Source of the DNA: Planctomycetota bacterium
GTDB taxonomy: Bacteria > Planctomycetota > UBA11346
Length of the DNA stretch: 51,669 nucleotides
Reading direction: 5' to 3'
Assembly: GCA_038213805.1 (NCBI GenBank)
Contig: JBBQSO010000034.1
Span: 1 to 51,669, forward strand
Shown piece by piece: positions 10,049 to 19,344 of this stretch; the stretch's first letter is position 1; each line of letters opens with the position of its first letter. The notes beneath the pieces were generated by a model. That model saw only the letters and a program-made list of their open reading frames with translations. It made no database searches and was not told the origin of the DNA. Made by a program: the position numbers and the translations under genes.

Positions 10049-10566
10049 TCGGTGTGAGCATCAGATCGGCGGCGAAATGGTGCCCAGGAAACTGATCCAG
10101 CGCGTGGCTTCTCGTTCTAACCTGACGCGCGCCTGACTCCCAGAAATCCATGCGGAGGTCAATCCGGATTGCGATCCGGAGCGTACCACGGCTACCGCCA
10201 GCGACCGCCCGCTCCCCTTGCCGAGCAGACCAACCTGGAGGTATCCTTCCGCGTCGGAGGCCCGCCAGATGTTTCGCAACCAGCAACGCACTTGGCAGGA
10301 AGGCCGACGCATGGCGCAGCAGATGCGCCATGCCATCCCCGCCGTCTACCGCGTCCTGGGCCGGGACCGGAGTCCCCTCGCCTTTCCGGTCATACCGTTG
10401 GCGGTCAAGGGCATGCCTGCACGCATGCGGGCGGCGATATTTCGGCGCACCGGCCATACATTCTTGATATGATTTGAGTTAGGACGAACAGCCAGGCCGT
10501 CCAGCAGCTACGAGGTGTCTACGAGCTGACTTCCGGTTTTCCATAAAGCCGTTCGTAGCTGCGTCC

Positions 10567-10755
10567 ATGTTCGGACTTTCGATCTGCGACTATGATACGG
10601 GCGCCCGCATCAGGATAGCCACCCTCAAGGACATCGAGAACGCCATCACGGCGGCGCGCGAACGCAGCCAGCCGTATTTTACAGAAGAGGTCGAGCAGGA
10701 TGGCGTCACGGTGGTGCGTCGCTGTTCGCTGGAGGAAGATCCACCTTCCGCCTGA
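10567..10755 (+). CDS. Small hypothetical protein (62 aa)
   Basis: Plausible composition; convergent with motB; AT-rich stretch upstream. Confidence 0.5.
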   Translation: MFGLSICDYDTGARIRIATLKDIENAITAARERSQPYFTEEVEQDGVTVVRRCSLEEDPPSA

Positions 10756-10775
10756 ACGCCGACGCCCCTGTTCCC

Positions 10776-11546
10776 TCACTCCGGCTCGAACGGCACCAGG
10801 ATAACCACGCGGTTGTTGTCCAGACTCGACCCATTGCCCTTCGCCACCTGGGTGTCGCCCCGGCTGGAGATCTGTCGACACAGTTCCGCCGGGTAGCCGG
10901 AGGCGATCATCGCCTGGTTGACCGCGCGGGCCCGGGCGAATCCGATGTCCATCTTGCTGGTGCCACCGCTCGCCACCGGCGAGGTGTCGGTGTACCCGGT
11001 GATGCGCACCGGGCGGCGCGAGGTGAGCAGCGCCGCGGTCAGCGACTTGACCATGGACTTGCCGACGTCGGTCAGCTCGTTGTTGGCGCGCGCAAAGAAC
11101 ACCCCGCGCGAGTCCTCGCTGAGCTCGATCTGCAGGCCCTTGTCGGTGATGGTCGAGACCACGTTGTGTTGGCGGCCCTTGAACGGACCGTCGTTTTTGA
11201 TCTTGTCCTGCACCAAGCTGTTGAGCACCTTCGCCCATTTCAGGTCCAGGTACTTGGTGGTGAGATCGTTCTCCTCGACCTTCTCGGGCGGGGGCGGCGG
11301 GTGGCCATCCATCTGCATGACATTGCGGCTGGAGGCGAAGCTCTTGAGCGCCGCGCCGGGATCGTTGAAATAGGCGGCGATGCCGACTTTGGTCTGCGGA
11401 TCCAGACCGATGATCCACATCACCAGGAAGAACGCCATCATCGCCGTCACCAGATCGGCGTAGGCCAGCTTCCACGCGCCACCGTGATGGCCATGGCCGC
11501 CGTGCTTCTTCTTCTTGATGATGATCGGCTGGATTTCCTTGGCCAC
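10776..11546 (-). CDS. motB: Flagellar-type motor stator protein MotB
   Basis: KKK-HGGHGHHGGAWKLAYADLVTAMMAFFL plug/TM with conserved Asp; OmpA-like C-terminus (GYTD, ARARAV, NNRV); GGAGGAG RBS, GTG start. Confidence 0.9.
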   Translation of the reverse strand: MAKEIQPIIIKKKKHGGHGHHGGAWKLAYADLVTAMMAFFLVMWIIGLDPQTKVGIAAYFNDPGAALKSFASSRNVMQMDGHPPPPPEKVEENDLTTKYLDLKWAKVLNSLVQDKIKNDGPFKGRQHNVVSTITDKGLQIELSEDSRGVFFARANNELTDVGKSMVKSLTAALLTSRRPVRITGYTDTSPVASGGTSKMDIGFARARAVNQAMIASGYPAELCRQISSRGDTQVAKGNGSSLDNNRVVILVPFEPE

Positions 11547-11605
11547 GGGTCAGCTCCTCCCACCCGCGTGCATAAGACGCGGCGACCGTTGCGCACGGGC
11601 GCCGC

Positions 11606-11645
11606 CGACTTCCGGACTTCCGGACTTCCGGACTTCCGGACTTTC
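11606..11645. repeat. Solo octamer array (GGACTTCC)x5 between motA and motB
   Basis: Read directly; 2 nt from the motA stop. Confidence 0.95.
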
Positions 11646-11647
11646 TC

Positions 11648-12511
11648 TCATTTCTTGCCCCGTTCCTTGATCGCGGTGGTCATCTCCGAGAACGACGGGC
11701 GCACGCCAGGTTCGATGTTGCGGCGCGCCATCTCGACCGCGGTCATGGGCGGGTCGCCGCGCACGCCGCACTCGATGGCGTTGCGGATGCAGTTCATGTA
11801 CTGCCCGGCGGCGCGCACCTGCGCCTGCATGGCCTTGACAATGGGGGTGACCACCAGGTACGCGACCATGACGCCCAGCAGCGTGCCGACCAGCGCGCTG
11901 CCGATGGCCTTGCCGATCTCCGAGGCCTCGCCGCCGATGTGACCCATGGTGATGATGACGCCGAGCACGCAGGCGACGATGCCGACCGCGGGCAGCGCGT
12001 CGCCGATGCCCTGGAGGGCGTCGGGCGAGAGGTTCTCCTCGGCATGGGCTGCGTCGAGGTCCTTCTCCATCATGTCGGCGAGGTCATGCGGCTGGACGCC
12101 GCCGGTTACCACCACCTTCATGGTGTCACAGAAGAAGTCGATGGCGTGGTGGTTGTGCAGGAAGGCGGGGTTGCTGCTGAGGATCGGGCTCTTGTGCGGG
12201 TCTTCGATGTGGCTCTCTAGCGCCAGCACACCTTCGGTGCGCGACAGGGTGAAGAACTTGTAGAGCATGACCAGCAGGTCGAGGTAGGCCGGCTTAGTGT
12301 AGGGTGTAGGCTTCAGCATCTGGATGAAGGCGCTGATGGCGAGCTTCGTCCCGCCAATGCCGTTCGAGCCGACGAAGATGCCGATGCCGGCGCCGATGAT
12401 GACCACGAACTCGGTCCACGCCTCAATGAAGACACCGAAGCTGCCGCCGTGGAGGTAGAAGCCGAGGAAGGTACAGAACAGCGAAAAGACGATGCCGATG
12501 ATGGCGAACAT
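11648..12511 (-). CDS. motA: Flagellar-type motor stator protein MotA
   Basis: R.EGVLALESHIEDP, DALPAVGIVACVLG, ALVGTLLG, AVEMARR, RPSF; AGGAGG RBS. Confidence 0.93.
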   Translation of the reverse strand: MFAIIGIVFSLFCTFLGFYLHGGSFGVFIEAWTEFVVIIGAGIGIFVGSNGIGGTKLAISAFIQMLKPTPYTKPAYLDLLVMLYKFFTLSRTEGVLALESHIEDPHKSPILSSNPAFLHNHHAIDFFCDTMKVVVTGGVQPHDLADMMEKDLDAAHAEENLSPDALQGIGDALPAVGIVACVLGVIITMGHIGGEASEIGKAIGSALVGTLLGVMVAYLVVTPIVKAMQAQVRAAGQYMNCIRNAIECGVRGDPPMTAVEMARRNIEPGVRPSFSEMTTAIKERGKK

Positions 12512-12776
12512 GGCGTTAGTGCTCAGCCTCCTGGCGGGACGTCGCGGCAATTGCCGCCCGGTGTCGAGAATGACCACAGGGCAGAGCCGCGAAGGCCGAC
12601 GCTGGAGGTGATGGGCACTCCGCGTGCCAACGCCGTCCCGCACCGGGGTTTGGACCGTGGCGCAAGGATCGTGACGGGACGTAGATGGGCACCGGGAACA
12701 GCATGGGTCCGGCACTATACACCGGGCAGGCCCAGGGACGCCAGGGGCTTGGAGCGGATCTTGGACAGCAGCGCCG

Positions 12777-12961
12777 GGTGTCAGGCGCCTGGCGCTAGCC
12801 GCTAGGCGCTAGGCGCTAGGCGCTCGTCTTGGGAAGCGGTCTTCTGGCGCATTAGCGAATTGCGCCTGATCCATAGATCGATCCGCTGTCAGCTGTCAGC
12901 TGTCAGCCATCAGCCATCAGCCATCAGCCATCAGCCATCAGCTATCAGCTATCGGCCATCT
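12777..12961. repeat. Heptamer arrays: degenerate (GGCGCTA)n at 12777-12825 and (GCTGTCA)x3-(GCCATCA)x5-(GCTATCR)x2-GCCATCT at 12885-12961
   Basis: Read directly; lies between the proS stop and the motA upstream region. Confidence 0.9.
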
Positions 12962-12986
12962 TCCAGCCGCACACCGCCCGCCCGAT

Positions 12987-14789
12987 CTACTTCACCGCAT
13001 CGGCCGCAGCGCGACTCGCAGCGAAAGCCGCCTCGACCAGCCCGGCGACGGTCGCAGCCGCGCTGGGGATGGGCAGGTTCTGGGCAGGCGCGGTGCGCGG
13101 CTTGAACTCGACCACGCCCTCGGCGACGCCACGGCCGACAACGATGCGGAAGGGCAGGCCGATCAGGTCCCAGTCCTTGAACTTCACGCCCGGCTTGAGA
13201 TCGCGATCGTCGAGCACCGCCTCGATGCCGGCGGCGATGAGTTCAGCGTAGAGCTTGGCCGCCGTGCCCTCGACCGCGGCGTCGCCGGGCTTGCCCACCG
13301 GCACCACCACCACCTGGTAGGGCGCGATGGCGATCGGCCAGGTGATGCCATCGGCGTCATTGTGCTGCTCGACCGCGGCCGCGACCACGCGCGAGGTGCC
13401 GATGCCATAACAGCCCATGATGAATGGATGCAGCTTGCTGTCCTGGCCGGTGAACTCGGCCTTCATCGCCGCCGAGTACTTGGTGCCAAGCTTGAAGATG
13501 TGCCCGACCTCGATGCCGCGGCGTTCCGCGAGCGGCGTACCTGAGCGCGGGCAGAGGTCGCCGGCGCGCGTGGTGGTGATGTCCGTCCAGTCGACCTGGC
13601 CCGGCGCCTGAGTGGCGATATCGACACCGACCAGGTGATGATCGGTTTGGTTTGCGCCAACCACCAGCGGCACGCCGCGCAGGGTCGGGTCGGCGACCAC
13701 GAAGCGGACCTTCAGCCCGGCGACCGGGCCGGCGTAGCCGACGGCGGCGCCGGTGGCGGCGGTGACCTCGTCCGCCTGCATCGGACGCAGCGCCAGCACC
13801 GGGCCCGCGGCGCCAAGGGCGCGGCCCACCTGGTTGGTGAGCTTGACCTCGTTGACCTCGCGGTCGCCGCGCACGCAGGCGGCGACGGTGATCTCCTCGG
13901 TGGCGGTCTTGGCCACGTAGAGCATGGTCTTGCCGAGGTGGGCGGCGGTGACCTGGGGGTGGCCGTGCGCATTGAGGAAGGCGACGACGTCGGCGATCGC
14001 ACCCGCGCCGGGGGTGTGCACGAGCACTGGCGCGGCCGGTGCCGACCAAGCCGGGGCTGCGCTGATCGTGCCGGTGGCGCGCTCGCGATTGGCAGCGTAG
14101 CCCGATGCGGACGAGAACAGGATGGTGTCCTCGCCGACGTCGGCGGCGACCATGAACTCGTGGCTGCCGTTGCCGCCAATCGCGCCGCTGTCGGCCTCGA
14201 CCGCGAAGGCCTCCAGCCCGAGGCGCTTGAAGGTGCGCAGGTAGGCGATGCGCATCGCCTCATAGCTCTGATCGAGCGAAGCGTCGCTGTCGTGGAAGCT
14301 GTAGGCGTCCATCATGATGAACTCCTTCACGCGCATCAGGCCGAAGCGCGGACGGATCTCATCACGGAACTTGGTGTGCTGCTGGAAGAAGGTGACGGGC
14401 AGCTGCTTGTAGCTCTTGACCACGGTCGCGGCGTAGTCGGTGACGACCTCTTCGGCAGTGGGCGCCAGGCCGAAGACCTGACCGCCGCGGTCGGTGACGG
14501 TGAGCATGGTGCGCGAGGCCTGGTAGGTGGCCCAGCGGCCGCTCTTCTCCCACAGCGCCTGCTCCTGCATGATCGGCATGGTCAGCTCGAGACCGCCGGC
14601 CGCGGCGATCTCTTCTGCCACCACCGCCGCGACCTTGTCGACCACGCGCTTGAGCAGCGGCGCGTAGAGGTAGAGCCCAGCGCCGCTCTTGTGCAGGAAG
14701 CCAGCGCGCGTCAGCAGGCGGTGGCTGGCGATCTCAGCATCGCTCGGGTCTTCACGCAGGGTCACCAGGTTGAGTCGGGTCGCACGCAT
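12987..14789 (-). CDS. proS: Proline--tRNA ligase (bacterial type with editing insertion)
   Basis: LAPTAEE, KFRDEIRPRFGLMR, GIEVGHIFKLG, MGCYGIG, anticodon-binding domain. Confidence 0.97.
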   Translation of the reverse strand: MRATRLNLVTLREDPSDAEIASHRLLTRAGFLHKSGAGLYLYAPLLKRVVDKVAAVVAEEIAAAGGLELTMPIMQEQALWEKSGRWATYQASRTMLTVTDRGGQVFGLAPTAEEVVTDYAATVVKSYKQLPVTFFQQHTKFRDEIRPRFGLMRVKEFIMMDAYSFHDSDASLDQSYEAMRIAYLRTFKRLGLEAFAVEADSGAIGGNGSHEFMVAADVGEDTILFSSASGYAANRERATGTISAAPAWSAPAAPVLVHTPGAGAIADVVAFLNAHGHPQVTAAHLGKTMLYVAKTATEEITVAACVRGDREVNEVKLTNQVGRALGAAGPVLALRPMQADEVTAATGAAVGYAGPVAGLKVRFVVADPTLRGVPLVVGANQTDHHLVGVDIATQAPGQVDWTDITTTRAGDLCPRSGTPLAERRGIEVGHIFKLGTKYSAAMKAEFTGQDSKLHPFIMGCYGIGTSRVVAAAVEQHNDADGITWPIAIAPYQVVVVPVGKPGDAAVEGTAAKLYAELIAAGIEAVLDDRDLKPGVKFKDWDLIGLPFRIVVGRGVAEGVVEFKPRTAPAQNLPIPSAAATVAGLVEAAFAASRAAADAVK

Positions 14790-15055
14790 TGAGGCTCCTC
14801 CAGGAACGGCCTGGGGTTGTCCGGGCGGTTCGGGTCCGGGTCAACTGGGAAGAAGAAGGGGAGAGCGGGTGGCGGCGTAAACGGCAGGTGAGAAGGGGGG
14901 AATCGACGTCAGTACAGAATCAGTTCGCACTGCCCAGCGCGGGCCGCACGCATGCCGGTCCTGCTTGCCTACTTACACCCCTCCCCACTTGCCTTGCCCC
15001 CATCCACCGGCCTCCAGCGTCTTCCCTCCCACCCCCTCCCACCTATGGTCGGGGC

Positions 15056-15742
15056 ATGACCAGCGATCCCCGGGCGGCCACGGAACTCCTGCTCATCCGC
15101 CATGGCGAAAGCACCGGCAACAGCGCCGGCCGCATGCAGGGTCAGGACGACACCGAGCTGTCGGCCCTGGGTCGCGACCAGGGCGCCCTGCTCGCCCAGC
15201 GTCTCGCCGGCCTGCGTGATCGGCCGACCCTGGTCTACAGCAGCGACCTGCGCCGCGCCCACGATACCGCCAAGCTGGTGGCCGCAGCGCTCGGCACTGT
15301 CGTGCACCTCGACCCGCGCCTGCGCGAACTCGACGTCGGCACCTGGGCGGGCATGGCGCGCGAAGAGATCGCCGCCATGGCGCCCGCCGACTGGCACAGC
15401 TGGGAGGAGCGCGATCCCGCGGTGCGCTATGGCGGCGCCGAATCCTTCACCGACCTGCAGCGCCGCGTGGTGCCAGCGATCGAGGAGATCGCCGAACGGC
15501 ATACCGGCGCACACCTCGTCGTCGTCACCCATGGCGTCGCCATCCGCACCTACCTGGCGCACGTGCTCGGCCTGAATCTGAGTGCGATGTGGCAGCTCGC
15601 CATCGCCAACACCGCACTGAACCGCATCCATCCCCACGTGGTCGGCGTCCCGGGCGCACCGCCGCGCATGGGACGGGTCGATGTGATCAACGATGCGACG
15701 CATCTGGAGCGAGCGACAAGTGGGGCGGCGGGGTTGGCGTGA
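15056..15742 (+). CDS. Histidine phosphatase (phosphoglycerate mutase) family protein
   Basis: RHGES, YSSDLRRA, LRELDVGTW, VTHG, IND..HL. Confidence 0.92.
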   Translation: MTSDPRAATELLLIRHGESTGNSAGRMQGQDDTELSALGRDQGALLAQRLAGLRDRPTLVYSSDLRRAHDTAKLVAAALGTVVHLDPRLRELDVGTWAGMAREEIAAMAPADWHSWEERDPAVRYGGAESFTDLQRRVVPAIEEIAERHTGAHLVVVTHGVAIRTYLAHVLGLNLSAMWQLAIANTALNRIHPHVVGVPGAPPRMGRVDVINDATHLERATSGAAGLA

Positions 15743-15750
15743 TTGGACGA

Positions 15751-16073
15751 GCTGATGGCTGATGGCTGATGGCTGATGGCTGATGGCTGATGGCTGATGG
15801 CTGATGGCTGATGGCTGATGGCTGATGGCTGGCGGCCGACTGCAGACTGCAAATAGAACAAGGCACTGCAAAGCTCAGGAGAGAAGAGGACGCGCTGGAC
15901 GGGGCTGCCGCTAGCGGGTCGTCCTGGTGCTCCGGGGTGTTGGTCCGACTTTGCGGCATCACCTTCCCAGCGCTCCATCTCCTCCGCTTGCCTCCGCGTC
16001 TCCTATTCTATCGGCTGTCGGCTGTCGGCTGTCGGCTGTCGGCTGTCGGCTTTCAGCCATCAGCCATCAGCCA
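15751..16073. repeat. Inverted pair: (GCTGATG)x11 plus degenerate units at 15751-15848, and (TCGGCTG)x5-TCGGCTT-(TCAGCCA)x3 at 16011-16073
   Basis: Read directly; lies between two convergent stops (8 nt and 2 nt away). Confidence 0.95.
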
Positions 16074-16075
16074 TT

Positions 16076-17131
16076 CTACAGCCTCATCCTCCACCACCGC
16101 CACGCCCCCACCAGGAACAGTGCCACGATCACCACGACGCTGAGCACGGCGGCGTTGACGGTGCTGCTGACCAGCAGCCGCACGAGCAGGCCGTGGGCGA
16201 CGATCGGGATGAGGGCGTAGCCGAGTGATGAGATGATCAGCGTGGCGATGTTGCCGCGGCGGTCGAAGCGGATGAAGCCGGGCAGAGCGAAGAGCAGGCA
16301 GAGCGGCGCGAGCAGGGCGAAGGAGATGCGCAGGTTGATCTTGCCCCAGGCCTTGTTGGCGTGACTGGCGAGCAGCTCGCTGCTGGTCTTGTCATTATCC
16401 GACTTGAGCAGCACGGCGAGCTGATCCGGGTTTGGCATGAGCGTGATGCCGGCCTCTACGACCGTGCATTCATGGCGCCGATCGATCGTCGAACCGTGAA
16501 CCACGACCGCCTCGGCGAGGCGCCACGCGTCGTCGCGCCAGAACAGGCGCTCGGCGAGCAGCATGGTCGATTCGGTGCGCGCGCCCTCCGCACCGAACAC
16601 GCCGACTTGACGGTACTCGCCGGCATCGGGCCACGCCTGCATCACCGCCCAGAAATGATCGCCCTCCCGCCACCCGACCGAGCGGTCGCGATCCTCGTCC
16701 GCCTTCAGGCTGCCCACCATGCGCTGGCGGCTAAGCTCGGCCAACCGCGCGAGGCGCGGGTTGACCTGGTCCTTGAGCACGAACCCGAGCGCGCCGACGG
16801 CCACCGCCAACAGCAGCATGCCGGTGAATACCCGCCGCGGCGCGATGCCGGCCGCGGCGAGGGCGACCAGGGTGCCTTGGCGCAGCATCGGCGCGGCAGT
16901 GAGGACCCCGGCCACCGCGGTCGACAGCGGCAGCCAGATGGTCATGAACTCGGGGAAACGGTAAAGGTAGAACTCGAGCAGGAAGAGGCTGCGCCCATGG
17001 GCGATGGCGTTGATGTAATCCCCCATCTTGCCGATGAAATCACCGATGAAGATCAGGAATATGCCCAGCAGCAGGACCAGGGCCCAGCGCGTGAATGCGG
17101 CCTCGACGACATTGCGGTCGAGGATCTTCAC
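16076..17131 (-). CDS. lptG: LPS export ABC transporter permease LptG
   Basis: KILDR N-terminus, LVALAAAGI motif, 6-TM layout with periplasmic domain; GTGA overlap with lptF. Confidence 0.8.
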   Translation of the reverse strand: MKILDRNVVEAAFTRWALVLLLGIFLIFIGDFIGKMGDYINAIAHGRSLFLLEFYLYRFPEFMTIWLPLSTAVAGVLTAAPMLRQGTLVALAAAGIAPRRVFTGMLLLAVAVGALGFVLKDQVNPRLARLAELSRQRMVGSLKADEDRDRSVGWREGDHFWAVMQAWPDAGEYRQVGVFGAEGARTESTMLLAERLFWRDDAWRLAEAVVVHGSTIDRRHECTVVEAGITLMPNPDQLAVLLKSDNDKTSSELLASHANKAWGKINLRISFALLAPLCLLFALPGFIRFDRRGNIATLIISSLGYALIPIVAHGLLVRLLVSSTVNAAVLSVVVIVALFLVGAWRWWRMRL

Positions 17132-18237
17132 TTGGGACCCCAGCGCCACAGCCCGCTGATGAACTCGCGCGCGCGGGTCGGGCTCCACGTCAGGAAGGCG
17201 CCGCAGGCGGTGAGCAGCATGGCAGGCGGCCACAGCAGCCAAGCCGGATGCATCTGCGGCAGGTCGACGCCGTTCTTCACGTAGCCGATCGCCGGGTAGG
17301 TGAAGAGCACCACCACCACCACCATGATCACCACCCCGAGCAGGTTCTGCGAGGTGCCCCAGGTCATGCCCAGGCCGATCGCCAGGAAGGCGTAGGCGAT
17401 CATCGCCACCGGGATGAAGAAGCGCACCTGCAGGGCGAGTCGGGCATTATTGAAGATCGACAGGTGCTTCGGGTCTGGGCCTTTCCCCAGTACCTCGAGG
17501 ACGCGGCACGTGGACATCGCATCGGGCTCGATCTTGCCGGACTCGGTGTCCTCATCCTCGAGGAGGTAGTCGTAACGCGTCATCTCCGCGGCAAGGAAGC
17601 GTCCGTTCGCACTGCGCTGCATCAGCTGCACCGCCTCGAACTCCATCTGGATGCCCTTGCGGCCCAGCACCCAGTGCGCGTCGGGCGCGAATGCCGCGGT
17701 AAGGTCGCCGTTGCGATTGATGAGGGCGTGGACGTTGCGCATGCGTCCGCCGTTGACCGCTTCAACCCACAGGCTGATATCCTTCTTCTGCAGGATCGGA
17801 TCGCCGTTGGCGACACTCTGGGCGAGCGCGGTGGGCAGCAGCTTGCCCTTGCTGGCGCGGATCTCGGCGACCGCCTGCGGTAGGACCAAATTGGTGAGCG
17901 CGGCGCACAGCACCACGCCGAGCAGGATCAGCGGCAACAGACGGCGCACCACCGCCAGGTGGCTGACTCCGCACGCGGCGAGCGCGCGCAGCTCGCCCTC
18001 CTGGTTCATCGCGCCCAGCCCGACGAGCAGCGCGGTGGCCAGCGCCAGGGGCAGTGAGATGGGCAGGGCGAACAGGAACATCGATGAGATCACCGGCAGG
18101 GTCGCTTCTGGCGGCACCCCGCGCCCGATCAGCACGCCGAGCTGGCCGCCGACGATGACGCCGACGAACACCAGCAGCAGGAACAGGCAACGCCCGCCGA
18201 TCTGCTTCCACAGGTAGCGCGAGAGCGTGTCCATCAT
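17128..18237 (-). CDS. lptF: LPS export ABC transporter permease LptF
   Basis: TLSRYL, LPISLPLA, EGELRALAACGVS motif; ATGA overlap with the arnD stop. Confidence 0.82.
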   Translation of the reverse strand: MMDTLSRYLWKQIGGRCLFLLLVFVGVIVGGQLGVLIGRGVPPEATLPVISSMFLFALPISLPLALATALLVGLGAMNQEGELRALAACGVSHLAVVRRLLPLILLGVVLCAALTNLVLPQAVAEIRASKGKLLPTALAQSVANGDPILQKKDISLWVEAVNGGRMRNVHALINRNGDLTAAFAPDAHWVLGRKGIQMEFEAVQLMQRSANGRFLAAEMTRYDYLLEDEDTESGKIEPDAMSTCRVLEVLGKGPDPKHLSIFNNARLALQVRFFIPVAMIAYAFLAIGLGMTWGTSQNLLGVVIMVVVVVLFTYPAIGYVKNGVDLPQMHPAWLLWPPAMLLTACGAFLTWSPTRAREFISGLWRWGPK

Positions 18238-19139
18238 GCGGGCTGCACCGCGTCCACCAGCCGCGACGTGGTGACCGGAAAGGCGCGGCCGGGCAGGGCG
18301 GTGCGGCACCATGCGCGCAGCGGCAGCGTTCCGGCGAGACGCCGCGCGGCCTCGGCCATGGTGACAATGCCGCCGAATCCGGCGAGGCGCGGCAGCAGGC
18401 GCTCGAGCACTGGCAGGTAAGGGCCGCCCTCGACCTCGGCGTGCAGAGTGAGCACGGTCAGCGTGGTCGGCTGGCGCAGGCCGGCGAGCAGGGCGTCCGC
18501 CAGCGCCTGTTCGCCGTGCACGCCGCCGGCGAGCAGCTCCTCCAGGCAGGGGCCGGTGCCGGGCAGCTGCGGGATGCGCAGTTCGTGCCCGCGCACCGCC
18601 AGCCGGCAGGGCACGCCGCCGCGCAGGTCGCTGGCATACAGGAAGGGATAGCCGTCCTGGATGCGCAGGGACTCAGGCGTGGTCATCCACGAGGGTGCGC
18701 CGATGCCGGCCGGATCATGGCCGGTCAGGGTGCGGTAGGCGGCCAGCGAGCGGTCGTAGTGGGCGCGGATGCGCGCGGTCTTGAAGCGCGGCAGGTCGTC
18801 CTGCCAGCTGCGGTGGTCCCAGGCGTGGATGGCGGCCTCGTGACCCTCGGCCTCAAGCCGGCGCACCACCTCGGGAAATGCGGTGGCGATCGGCCGCGCC
18901 GGCAGCAGCGTGCCGGAGAGGATGGTCCGCCAGCCGTACAGCGACGGCGCGCCGGTGGTCAGCATCTTCTGCGCGAAGCGTGGCTTGCGCATCTGCAGGA
19001 TGGCGCGCCCGGAACGGTCCGGCCCCATCGACAGGAAGAACGTGCCCGGCACGCCGTGCCGCTTCAGGCAGTCGAGCAGGCACGGCACGCCGGTGCGCAT
19101 GCCGTCGTGGGTGTCGATGTCGATTTTCAGGGACAACAC
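18234..19139 (-). CDS. arnD: Undecaprenyl-P-L-Ara4FN deformylase (polysaccharide deacetylase fold)
   Basis: LKIDIDT..G...GVP, FFLSMGPDRSGRA, HAWDH..WQD, YASD.RG, TLHAEVEG; arn context. Confidence 0.88.
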   Translation of the reverse strand: MLSLKIDIDTHDGMRTGVPCLLDCLKRHGVPGTFFLSMGPDRSGRAILQMRKPRFAQKMLTTGAPSLYGWRTILSGTLLPARPIATAFPEVVRRLEAEGHEAAIHAWDHRSWQDDLPRFKTARIRAHYDRSLAAYRTLTGHDPAGIGAPSWMTTPESLRIQDGYPFLYASDLRGGVPCRLAVRGHELRIPQLPGTGPCLEELLAGGVHGEQALADALLAGLRQPTTLTVLTLHAEVEGGPYLPVLERLLPRLAGFGGIVTMAEAARRLAGTLPLRAWCRTALPGRAFPVTTSRLVDAVQPA

Positions 19140-19166
19140 GGTCAGCGAGTCCGCGAGGCAGGTGCT

Positions 19167-19324
19167 GGAGTCCGGAAGTCCGGAAGTCCGGAAGTCCGGA
19201 AGTCTCGTCGGAAGTGGTTGCGCACGTGCGCCCACGATCCCTCGATTGACGGCTCGCGACCAGGAATATGGCCCGACCGAGTCCAACAGGACTTCCGTAC
19301 TTCCGGATTTCCGGACTTCCGGAC
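19167..19324. repeat. Inverted pair: (GGAAGTCC)n at 19167-19205 and (GGACTTCC)n at 19289-19324, around an 83-nt spacer inside the arn operon
   Basis: Read directly. Confidence 0.95.
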
Positions 19325-19344
19325 GGTAGCAATCATGGAGGCAA

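Noticed and set aside
10061..10336. 91-aa minus-strand ORF and other ORFs in 10008-10477
   Set aside because: No recognisable motif, atypical codon usage, and mutually overlapping candidates
10776..12511. motAB as Zorya zorAB
   Set aside because: MotA is ~287 aa with no long ZorA tail, the motifs are flagellar-type, and no effector genes are adjacent
14969..16220. ORFs with SAISHQP, LSAVGCR, SGLPDFRT or SALRTPH peptide repeats (also near 214, 11550, 19142, 26082, 31549, 32847)
   Set aside because: These are translation artefacts of 7-8 bp DNA repeats, appear in several frames, and overlap real genes
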